Assembly: GCA_964019335.1 (NCBI GenBank) | Contig: OZ025672.1 | Span: 558,001-622,000 of the forward strand | DNA length: 64,000 nucleotides | Origin: Diplonema japonicum | Taxonomy: Eukaryota; Protista; Euglenozoa: Diplonemea | Direction: 5' to 3' | Shown: one piece after another, positions 34,465-44,149 of the stretch | Layout of the letters: each line of letters opens with the position of its first letter | Numbering within the stretch: position 1 is the first letter of the stretch | Position numbers and translations under genes: made by a program | Notes under the pieces: generated by a model | The model's input: only the letters and a program-made list of their open reading frames with translations | What the model was told of the DNA's origin: nothing | Database searches by the model: none

Positions 34465-35388
34465 TTAAATTGACTGCGTGTGTGTGTTGATCCTGCTTTT
34501 CAATCCAAATGACAGTTTAGGTCTGTTTCTATCTTCCAGCTGCCGCGTGGTGTTCTGCAGCTCCTCACGCCGCACCCTTGCCTCTTCGAGCTCTTTAAAG
34601 CGCTGGGCGTCCTGCTCGTGAGCTTGCTTGAGCATTTCATGTTGTGCTGTCTCAATGCGCCTCCTGTTCTCTTCGACTTGTGCCGCAACGCTAACTTCTT
34701 CCTCGGTGTCGGTTTTGTCGAGCCCTTTGTTTTTTTCTACTTTTTCTTCATTCGTCTGGTGCAGTCTGATGATGTTCTCTACGGACAGTGTGGTCCTCCT
34801 ACGCACCTCGTCGCTAATCCTTTTCTGTATGTCCTGCCTCACCTCGAGGCTCTCCAGTGCTTCTTGCACACGCCGTCTGACCTCTTCTTCCACCTGCTTG
34901 GTGACTTCTTCAACCACGGTCTCCTCACGTTGCTCGGCTGCTCTTTGCTTCTTCTTCAGTTCACGCGAGACACTTCTACTACCAGAGCTCCTCCTGCGTT
35001 TGTTCTTTCGGTCGTTCTCACCTTTCCTCCGGTTTCTAGATCTAGACTCTCTCTTGCCGCCCTCGTCCCTTCTGCTGCGATTTTGCTTACCCCGTCGATC
35101 TCTGCTCCGTGACCTACTCAATCTCGTATTCCTATTCCTGCAAATACTTCGGCTTCTACTTCTATTTGAATCATAGCTGTCACTGCTGCTGCTGCTCCTA
35201 CTCCTACCTCTTCTCCGTTTATTTCGGTTTCTCCTCCCCTTTTCCTTGCTCTCTGCATCTCTCCTTCGATTTCTGCTCCTTCTCACATCTTGTGATCGGT
35301 CGTCGCTTTTCCGTCTTCTCCTGTCCACGCTGCTGTCACTGCTCCTTCTTCTCCCTCTTCTGTCAGGACTAAAACTTGAAGACCTCAT
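34465..35388 (-). CDS. ARGLU1: ARGLU1-like RS-rich plus Glu/Arg coiled-coil protein
   Basis: RS-rich N-terminus, VEEEVRRRVQEAL, ENRRRIETAQ, and C-terminal RPKLSFGLK. Confidence 0.75.
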   Translation of the reverse strand: MRSSSFSPDRRGRRRSSDSSVDRRRRKSDDRSQDVRRSRNRRRDAESKEKGRRNRNKRRRGRSRSSSSSDSYDSNRSRSRSICRNRNTRLSRSRSRDRRGKQNRSRRDEGGKRESRSRNRRKGENDRKNKRRRSSGSRSVSRELKKKQRAAEQREETVVEEVTKQVEEEVRRRVQEALESLEVRQDIQKRISDEVRRRTTLSVENIIRLHQTNEEKVEKNKGLDKTDTEEEVSVAAQVEENRRRIETAQHEMLKQAHEQDAQRFKELEEARVRREELQNTTRQLEDRNRPKLSFGLKSRINTHTQSI

Positions 35389-35471
35389 GTTACCTTTATT
35401 ATGCAGGGTGTGGTGTGGTGTGTATGGTACACAAAAACAAGTTAAGACTCTAGCTTCTACTCTAAATACTG

Positions 35472-36839
35472 CTAGCCGCTTCTGTCACTCATAGAGGCGC
35501 TGGTGGGTGTGTAGATCACAGCACTAGGCCTGCTCCAAGAATCGGCCTTTGTCTTGATCATGTTAGCTATTTCGTGCAAACGTTTGTCGTGCGGTCTGAT
35601 GTTGACGGACCGTTCAGCGTAGTAGCGTGCGTGGATGGGGAGGTCGAACTCGCTGTAATACGTCTGCGCCAAGCCCAGCCATGCTCGGAAGTCACGTGGA
35701 TCCAATTCAAGTGCCCTGTTGTAGGCAAAGACACATCCCTTCACATTACCGATGCCTCCTTGGTAGGGACTGTACTCGTGACCCAGAAAAGTCCATGCAT
35801 TGTGATACTTGTGGTTGAGCTGCAAGGCTCGGATGAAGTAGCTCACGGCTTTCTCGTTTTCCTTCTGCAGACTGTACAAGTTACCCAAGATACATTGGGT
35901 CTCAGGTCTGTAAGGCTGATTCTGCATTACCTTGTGGGCCAGCAAAGACAGCGTTTCCACCTCGCTGTGCATGTACAGTGTATTGGAGTAGACGTCGATA
36001 TCTTTTATCCTATAGGGATCCTTCTCCAGCACGTATTCGTAGTAGTTGCGTGCTAGCTGCGAGTCGCCTTTGTCATAAGCAGCCGCAGCCAGCGAGCATA
36101 TGACTGGAGAAGCGTTGGGGTACGAAATATGCAGCGCCTGGTACTTCGACAACACGTTATCACCATAGTTCTTGAGAAGGAGATGCGCCTCGAAGAGGTC
36201 GAGGACCCAATGGCTGGCGGGGAAGACACGCTTCACGTCGATCATAACAGCATTGCCACCCACAGATGCGATGGCTTGCCAGGCAGACCACAACAGGGGC
36301 CTGTGTACTACTGCCCGAATTAGCACACCCATAGCATCTTCCTTGTGTCCCCTATCAAGGAGGATTAAGCCAAACAAGTACAACATGTACCCATCCACCT
36401 TGCCCTTGGCGTGCAGATGTGATAGCTGATTGTACAGTTCGTCGCTATGAGGGTTGCAGGGCTTGGCTTCTGAGAGAAGCACTGATTTGTTGAGCAAAGA
36501 CTGCTGCAAGTTCTGCTCGCCGTCGAGCCATTTAGAATAAAAATAAAGGAACCTTGCTCTGTACGTGGTGATCGTCGCCTTTTGCTGCTTTAGCGTGTGG
36601 GCTGCCCTGAGGTACTCCTTCGCCTGCATCAGCACGAGCACCTCGTCCTCTAAGTCCTGCAGCTCTTCGTTCTCCTCCATCTCGTCGTCGAAGCCTTGCG
36701 TCCCTGTGAACTCAGACACAGAGGCCGCCACCTCTGCGCTCATCCCATTCAAGATTTCTGTGCACCACAGGGCATTGTCTGTGAGACCCCTGTTCATGCA
36801 ATCAATGGTTGCCCCCGTTAGCTCCTCCGAACGGTTCAT
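35472..36839 (-). CDS. CDC23: Anaphase-promoting complex subunit 8 / CDC23
   Basis: DGYMLYLFGLIL, PLLWSAW, DPYRIKDIDVYSNTLY, YRPETQCILGNLYSL, AWTFLGHEY, PRDFRAWLGLAQTY. Confidence 0.9.
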   Translation of the reverse strand: MNRSEELTGATIDCMNRGLTDNALWCTEILNGMSAEVAASVSEFTGTQGFDDEMEENEELQDLEDEVLVLMQAKEYLRAAHTLKQQKATITTYRARFLYFYSKWLDGEQNLQQSLLNKSVLLSEAKPCNPHSDELYNQLSHLHAKGKVDGYMLYLFGLILLDRGHKEDAMGVLIRAVVHRPLLWSAWQAIASVGGNAVMIDVKRVFPASHWVLDLFEAHLLLKNYGDNVLSKYQALHISYPNASPVICSLAAAAYDKGDSQLARNYYEYVLEKDPYRIKDIDVYSNTLYMHSEVETLSLLAHKVMQNQPYRPETQCILGNLYSLQKENEKAVSYFIRALQLNHKYHNAWTFLGHEYSPYQGGIGNVKGCVFAYNRALELDPRDFRAWLGLAQTYYSEFDLPIHARYYAERSVNIRPHDKRLHEIANMIKTKADSWSRPSAVIYTPTSASMSDRSG

Positions 36840-36847
36840 TTTAGCTC

Positions 36848-37927
36848 CTAGTGTGGTATTGGTAGACATGTGTGAGATAAATAACGTGCTTCAGCACTAC
36901 TTGCAACTATGCGTGATAATGTTTTACGTAACATTCCACTAATATGGTCTAAGGGTATTCTAAGAGAGTTGGGCCACAGGATGTGGTCGAACAGGAAGTC
37001 GGACATGATGTGGCGTACTAGCCCCGATATTTTGTCACTGTCGACGCATTTTGGGAGGCAGTGATCGCCGAAGGACACGTCGAGAGAAAGCGTAGCGGGC
37101 GACGACCAGCAGTTGACTGGTGTCTCAGGGATAAGGTAGCAGGTTATGACGCCATCTGCGATCAGGATCTCAACTGCTGTGTGGATGGACAATGAGTGTA
37201 GCTTGCAGGTGACTGGCAGGGAAATGAGGTCATGCAGCTCCTGACCGCAGAGGGACGCGTCGCCCTTAAACACAGCATCTATGCTCACTTCCAAATCCCC
37301 TGCATAAGAAAAGGTGAACTCTGTCCACAACCCATCAGGGCCGCATAGCTCTGACAGGTTAGGAGGCACCAGACCAAGCAAGTGTCTAGACAAGGCTTCC
37401 TTGAAGCCAGGCAGCGCGATATCTTCGTCGTTGGTATCTTCAGTCATGTTGAGGTCTATCACAGGCGACGCACTTTCGGAAGAAACCCTTTCCCTTTCTT
37501 GCTCGAAGTCGCTCTCCCCGTCGCTGTGCAGCTGCAAAACACTGTCCTCGTCGCTCTTGTCTAGCCCGAACGTTGTCTCCAGCAAGCTCTTCAGAGTGAT
37601 GTTATTGCCCTCCAATGTCTGTGCATGGTAGCCAATCTTTGGCTTTCCTTCCCTCTCCGTTACTTCGATATTCAAGACCTTAGCTGTCGGCCTCTCACGG
37701 GGGTTGGGCACCAGCCCGTGAGGGAAGTCTTTCGCAGTTCCGATTTGGGTAAGCTCCACGTAAGGGGGCTTCGTGCCAAATTTCGTGTCTCGAATCTGGA
37801 GCATCTTGACAAATGGAATGCCTTTTTCTACCATTTCCTCCAGCTTGCTGTTCCCCATCTCTACGATCTGGTCTAAGAGGCCCTCCAACACATAGCTGTC
37901 TTCCCCTTCAAGTTTTACCTGTGCCAT
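36848..37927 (-). CDS. SMP-domain protein, Mdm12/Mmm1-like (ERMES-type)
   Basis: IPFVKMLQIRDTKFGTKPPYVEL, FSYAGDLEVSI, ISLPV, KISGLVRHIMSDFLFDHILWPN. Confidence 0.7.
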   Translation of the reverse strand: MAQVKLEGEDSYVLEGLLDQIVEMGNSKLEEMVEKGIPFVKMLQIRDTKFGTKPPYVELTQIGTAKDFPHGLVPNPRERPTAKVLNIEVTEREGKPKIGYHAQTLEGNNITLKSLLETTFGLDKSDEDSVLQLHSDGESDFEQERERVSSESASPVIDLNMTEDTNDEDIALPGFKEALSRHLLGLVPPNLSELCGPDGLWTEFTFSYAGDLEVSIDAVFKGDASLCGQELHDLISLPVTCKLHSLSIHTAVEILIADGVITCYLIPETPVNCWSSPATLSLDVSFGDHCLPKCVDSDKISGLVRHIMSDFLFDHILWPNSLRIPLDHISGMLRKTLSRIVASSAEARYLSHTCLPIPH

Positions 37928-38216
37928 GTTGCCTGTGTGCTGTATTATGTAGTCTAGCGAGGCGAAGTTGACTAATTAAGACCAGTGAGCTAGATCAAGT
38001 AAACTAGATCTACTAACTCGTGCAGATCACCAACGCCAGCATGAGCATGTGAAGTGCAACCCTTCGGGGGGAAGGACACAGCCAGTCTGCCTTGGCAGTC
38101 TAGACGATCTGCACTGCTGTATGTTATGTACTGTTGCGGTATGATGCTGCTTGTTGTCCGTACGTCTCTGAACGGAGCGCTTGTGTTTTCTTCAAACTTC
38201 GTATGGTAGGAAATAG

Positions 38217-38822
38217 TTAGACTATTTCTAAAAGGGGTTCGGTGCCATCATCGGACTGCCACAGGTGCGAGGGGCCACCAGGCTGGTCCAAAGTGTCGGG
38301 AAGGGTGATAGTGGGGTTGTCGTGCTTGTGCAACACGACTTTTCTCTGCAAAGTGGAAGCCAAGTATTGCGATTTATAAAAGAAGTAGAGACGTGCCAAC
38401 TGTGCTGAGTAACGGAGGGAAAGCAACAATGCTTCAAACTCTATTCTTGTAAAGCGATTTGACAGCGACAAACCGAATATCATGCAGCAGCTGACGCACA
38501 GCAGGAATTCCAAAATATTCGAAACAGACTGTGTGAAATACTTCAAAGGCCCACTGAGCCACATCTGTAACACCACTTCCCCCGTGAACAGCAGCGTCAG
38601 CACCGCCTCACCAAACAAGTACCACCCATTCCCATGAGCACCTTCGGTCACAGCACTCAAGAATAGCAGCAGGGCCGTCAACCCCACTGCTCCTATGTAT
38701 ACCAACCTGACACTACTGCTGAACTTCAGTCTTGCAACAAGATCTTTAAAGCTCACACCCTCCTTCTTGCGATCGATGGCCTGATCTTCAACAGGGTCTC
38801 GATGCATTGTCTTCAACCTCAT
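38217..38822 (-). CDS. Small four-TM voltage-sensor-like (ion transport family) protein
   Basis: EAVLTLLFTGEVVLQM (S2-like), NILEFLL (S3-like), LRYSAQLARLY (S4-like); no pore segment. Confidence 0.6.
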   Translation of the reverse strand: MRLKTMHRDPVEDQAIDRKKEGVSFKDLVARLKFSSSVRLVYIGAVGLTALLLFLSAVTEGAHGNGWYLFGEAVLTLLFTGEVVLQMWLSGPLKYFTQSVSNILEFLLCVSCCMIFGLSLSNRFTRIEFEALLLSLRYSAQLARLYFFYKSQYLASTLQRKVVLHKHDNPTITLPDTLDQPGGPSHLWQSDDGTEPLLEIV

Positions 38823-38922
38823 GTCGAATGGCTTCTGTTAAGGTGAGTTTGTAAATAAAGCAAATGGCAGGCATAAATAAGAGTCCGTTCGCACGGAGTT
38901 AACTATATTACTGGGCATGTCA

Positions 38923-40014
38923 TCAGCCTGTGACTTGGATGCTCTTTATGTCGGTGATTCCCTGGCTAACTAGCTGTTGCTTAATCTTCGAGAGGTCCGA
39001 GGGCTTGATCCCTCGGTCGTTCTTAATAGTCTGCACTGACTGCTTCCCATCAAGATGCTTAACGAGAACACGCATGTTAGCAGTGTTGGCACACCAACCT
39101 TCCCCGCCAGGGATGTGCCACGAGTTGCGCATCATGAGCTCGAAGTAGTCATCGTTGTCGATGCCAGCAGACACGTCTTTGTAGTAGTCCAACCACTCGT
39201 CGAGCATGATACATCCGTCCCCGTCCTTGTCCCAGTCGGCAGTGAAATCTTTCATGACTTCCTCTTGTGTCTTCGTCCCATTCAGCACCGCAGGGTGCTT
39301 CGTTGTGTCATACACACTGGCTAGCTCAGCTAGCGTGATAGTCTGGTCTTTGTTCTTGTCCAGGATGTTGTACGCTACGATGATTAAGTCTTTCCTCCTG
39401 GAAGTGAGGGGGCCGCGCACAGCGCGCATGAATTCCGTGGTACTGATTTTCTTGTCACCGTCTCTGTCAAAGTGCTTGATGATGACCTGCATTTCTTTAT
39501 CCTCGATGTGCACCCCTGCGCGTTCGATCCCTGTCTTCAGCTCTTCAAAGCTCAGTGTGTTGCTCTTGTCCTTGTCCATTATGCGAATAGATCTGCCGAG
39601 ACCTCGCGTCGTGCCGCCGGTCCTCTTTATGATCCTATCTTGTATTCTCTTCAGCACCATCCTGCACTGCTCGTCGGCCAGCGGGCATGGTTTGATCCCG
39701 AACAACCCTTCAGTAAACTCAGCAAAACTGAGGACACCATTTTCGTTCAGGTCGTACCTGTGGAATAGTGCCTCGATCTCCTGGTCCGTGCCACCGATGT
39801 TGAGCTTCCCGAGGGCCCTGTCGAACTCCTCAAGGCTCATAGTTCCTGTGTTGTCAATGTCATAGATCTTGAACATCCTACCCAGCTCCCTGCTCAGCTT
39901 GTGTGCTTCTGCCCACCCAGTCTTCAGCTCGATCATACTCTGCAGACGGCGTTGCAGCTCATCTAGACACTTCTCATCGACCTTTGCCGTGCTCTTACTT
40001 AGTTTATCGTACAT
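38923..40014 (-). CDS. Calcyphosin-like multi-EF-hand protein
   Basis: Six EF-hand loops (DIDNTG, DLNENG, DKDKSN, DRDGDK, DKNKDQ, DKDGDG) plus HPAVLNGTKT and SAGIDNDDYFELMMRNSW. Confidence 0.88.
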   Translation of the reverse strand: MYDKLSKSTAKVDEKCLDELQRRLQSMIELKTGWAEAHKLSRELGRMFKIYDIDNTGTMSLEEFDRALGKLNIGGTDQEIEALFHRYDLNENGVLSFAEFTEGLFGIKPCPLADEQCRMVLKRIQDRIIKRTGGTTRGLGRSIRIMDKDKSNTLSFEELKTGIERAGVHIEDKEMQVIIKHFDRDGDKKISTTEFMRAVRGPLTSRRKDLIIVAYNILDKNKDQTITLAELASVYDTTKHPAVLNGTKTQEEVMKDFTADWDKDGDGCIMLDEWLDYYKDVSAGIDNDDYFELMMRNSWHIPGGEGWCANTANMRVLVKHLDGKQSVQTIKNDRGIKPSDLSKIKQQLVSQGITDIKSIQVTG

Positions 40015-40298
40015 CCCTGTAGTGGCTAGAGGACTACCGGCATTACAGAATAAGTAGCATCACAAGCACTGCATATAAAACAAAAGGAACTACGGTCCGC
40101 ATCCCATTCATTGCTCAGATAGGTCAGCTGTACATGCTGCTCGCCATCAGATCCTATGCAGTAGGTGTTCCAAAGATTTTATCACTTAACAACAGACAAC
40201 ACTATCTATTAGTTAATACCCGTTAGATGATACGATCACTTCGCCTTCCGTTTGTAACGCTGGCATTGGTCAGGAAGAGCCAGCCACACTTATTCACC

Positions 40299-43200
40299 TC
40301 AGATAACAGCACCAGTATCTTGGCTAGTCTCCTCTTGGTGCTGCGCAGCAAAGTAGTCGTCCTCGGCTAATTCCACAGGGTCATCATGAAAGCCTGTCGC
40401 ATCATCAGTTCCCACGTGCTGATACTGTTTCATGTTGCTAATAATCTGTTTGGGCATACCTTGCACTCGAGGGCAGTGTTCTGCCTATAGAGTCTTACCA
40501 CAAATAAAGCCAGAACAGTGACCGCTATCACAGCAACAACAATGATGGCAGGGAGCCACTTCTTAGAGCTCCCACCACCGCACTGCCGTGTTTCCACAAC
40601 GGCCTTCTTAACCCCATAGCAGTTCCCGAACTTCCGGTATCTCTGCTGCGTCCCGTTGACGCACGAAGTCCAGTAGTCTTCGACAGGCAGGTCACTGCAC
40701 AAGGGACACCCTGCCCTGTTTACAATAGTGTACACGGGTCTGCAGGCATCAGAGGAGTTCGTCAGCACCACCTTGGAGTGAGTGGTGTAGTCATCCTGGG
40801 TTTTTTTTTATTTTCTTCTTTTCTCTCTCTCTTTTTTTTTAGTTTAGTGAATGTTATTCACCGCATACCTTCTTAATAGGGTCACACACAACATTCACAA
40901 CAGCACCGAGCTGTCTGAAGGGGTCAAGTGGACACTCTGCACCTTCCGACAGCGTAACAGTTATACCTTTACTGCTTTGGTCTAGCGCGACAGAGCTACC
41001 GTAAGACAGGCCGCTGGCATTCACACAGGCTTGTTGATGTGGTTTACATGAAGCCGACTTGCTGCAGATATTGATGAGAAAGCCTGTTGTGTCGTCCAGA
41101 GACCCCTGCAAGGCAGTGAGATCGAATGCAGCAGATGAGGGTGCCACCCACTTGCAAGAAGCGTCTGCAAGGACGCACGCGGGGGGTGTGCCCTCTGCCC
41201 TTGTGCCCCCAGGGCAACTTTTGCAATGAGAACTTTCTGTGGGAGAAACTAACCCAGCAGGGCATGCAGTGCACGTCGTAGGCTTGCTCGTGCTCGTCCT
41301 GAACGTGCCTGCACTGCACGGTTTGGCAACATTTTCTTCACAGTGGTAGCCATCAGGACACGCCATGCATCCTATACCTCTGCCTAATCCACTTCCACGC
41401 ACCACGATTCCGCTGAGGAAGAAAGCGACGGGTTTTGCTGTGTGTTGCTTCTGGTAAGTCCACGTGGCCTTGTAGTCGCCGGGGGGGAAACTGTAGATTT
41501 TGTTTCTTGGGCCTGTCTGCAGAATCTCCATGGTAATTAAGTTATCAGACTTCCACAACACGCTGGAGCCGTATTGTTCGTTCTCTTTGCTCTTCAGTCG
41601 CCTCAGCGTGAAGAACACTTCCGTGTTATCGAAAGCATCACTAGGTTTTGTTGTTGTCTCGACATGATAGATGAACTGGATGCTTCCTACGTGGTTGGCA
41701 GTGAATGTGTGCGTCAGGTCTACGACAAGGTTGGAACTCGTGTCTTTACCCGCTACTAGAGCTGTTTGCGGAAGGCTCTTGTTTGTCTCCTGCACATGTG
41801 CAAACTCCCACCCAGAGGTCATGTCACAGTTCTCTGTGCACCGAGTACTCCAGAACAGATCATCGAACTTATTGCCCAGAGTGTCAAAGCCATTTCTTAG
41901 GTCGTAAACCACTTGAGGAATCTTGCTCGCAGGGCAACTAACGCAAGATGAAGAGTCGCCGTTGGGCACTTGCCAGCTATCGCATGGTTCACACGAGTCA
42001 TTTGTACGGATCAATCCTGCCCTCAAACAATCACCCTTCTCGCCTGGCCCACAAGGGATCTCTGTTTCTTGAGGTGGGTCCCCCGGCAGCCCTGCATTAC
42101 ACACCCATGAAAGCTTCATGCGAGCACCATCCTCCGTCTGCAGGCACGGTCCGAAAGACGGCACGTAGTCCCTTGTCTTACATTCAGACGCCTTTATACA
42201 CGAACTACTTCCGGGTGTGGATGCGTACCCTGAAGGGCATGGCTTGCATTCGTCACTCCCGGCGCCTGCATGTGTGTTAACTGGACATGGCTCACAGCCG
42301 TCAGGTTGGTCAATGCCACCAAGGGAAAAGTAGCCAGCCGGGCACTGCTTACATTCCTCTGCAGCGTATCTCGTGCCTGTCAAGCGCAAATCTTTTAGCA
42401 TGAATTTACCCCCGTAAGTTGACATGCTTCTCTCTCTCTGCACAACGAACTGGATGACAGACGTGCCAGGAGGGTCGCTTGTGCGCCCGATCTGCACTGT
42501 CATCTGCGGCTTGAAGTGTGCCAAGATATCAGTAGTTGACTGAATCGACGCCATTGGGATGTTGAGGCCTGTGCTGTTGTCTCCCATAATAAGAGGGCCT
42601 TCTGCATAGTTGTCCATTATGATGACACCAGCCGCACCTTGGCTCTGGGCAACCATCCCCTTTTGGACAAATGAACATTTTTTTGGATCTCGGTGCAGCA
42701 GGACTATTTTATTGCTTACGTCTTTGCCTACATATTGCGAGGCGTCGCAGCCATCGTTGTCGAGGTGTACCATTGTGTACTGAGGAGCAGCATCCAGTGT
42801 TACATAAGGAAAGTTGTTCGTCTCGCGGAAAGGATAGAACTGGTTCCGGTATATGCAGTACTCGCCTAGTTTTGTCTCACCGTTATTCAAGGCTAATTTC
42901 CAGCTACATGCACCCACGCTGATTTCTTGCTTGTATTCCATCCAGTCGTCTATCCTCCTACCGTACCATGTTTGAAGCTGCTTTCCGTTGATGATGATAC
43001 CCATGGCATCATCAGGGAGCAGGTCCATCTTGTAACTGAACCTTAGCACAGCCGGCTGTGTAACTATCTCAGTAAGGATGTTGAGGATAGAGGTCGTGGA
43101 CTGGTCCACAGGCTGGTCACCTGAGTCGATATGATCGCCGCGCATGGTGAAGGCGTTGCATTCCCATTGCTTGTCATTCGCATAGCACCTTGTAGCGAGG

Positions 43201-44069
43201 TTTGAAGGCCAAGACTCGTTGTTCCAAGTGTTGTAGATGTCACCTCGCACGGAATGAGTCCCCTTTGGACAGAACCCACACGAGAACATTGGTGCCGCAC
43301 GATACGTCCCCTCTTCGCACTGTTTGTCGCAAGGCATAGTCTTTGCAGGCGAAAGTCTTATGTGAAAGGTCAAAGAGCGAGGAGTGTCTTTCACAGCTTG
43401 AATTTTTGAAATGTCCGACAGCAGCACAGGAACGTGGTCCACCTCTGTTATCTCCATTCCGATGTACGGAGAGAGCTCTTCAAAGCCAGGTCCTACAGAC
43501 TCGAGGACGGGCACTGCAGCGTCGGACATGAGCTTGATGAAGTAGTTGGTTGGAGTTGCAGGTACGTCCACACTGATCAACAAGGGCATCCCCTGGTGAA
43601 GCGTGGTGAGGGTCACGGCGTGTGTTGTAGGTCTACAATTGTTGATATAGTAGGACACTATCTGCTGGGTCATGTCAGGTGTGCACTCAGTGTATTCGAA
43701 CCCAATGTCATCTACGGTGCAAGAGGCAAGGGTCGTGCCTTTCGGGAGGCTATTCTTCAGAGCACTGCTTGTATCCGTGCAGACTTGCTTGTTAGCAGCA
43801 TCGCGGGCTGGCTTCCATGATTTGACTTTGTGGTGCTTTTCGAAAACGGGGACCATGTCAACTGGCACGCACTGGCAGCCCTCTTGGGGTCGCGGGATGG
43901 TCTCGGGGCCGAGACAGTCCCACACTTCTAACCTGGGTTCCTTGACCCATGTCACGTTCCTTATGTTATGTACACACGTGCTCCTCACCACTTTATAATC
44001 TAAACTACTGCACTGCGACTGGGTCGCCACGGCACTGCTTGCCAATAAAATGCTTAGAGTGCTTATCAT
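40299..44069 (-). CDS. ELAPOR/KIAA1324 (UPF0577)-like type I membrane protein with inserted PA domain (3 exons)
   Basis: Signal peptide, CxxCPxG repeats, PA domain (KIVLLHR..CSFVQKGMVAQSQGAAGVIIMDN), M6PR-like region, CPLC...CVNGTQ, TM helix. Introns at about 40796-40868 and 40425-40459. Confidence 0.75.
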
Positions 44070-44149
44070 TTAAAAGTGTAATGCGCCTGTTAGTGATGGA
44101 ATTTTGTTACCTGGCTGCAGAAATAGGTTAATTACTAGTTACTTATCGC

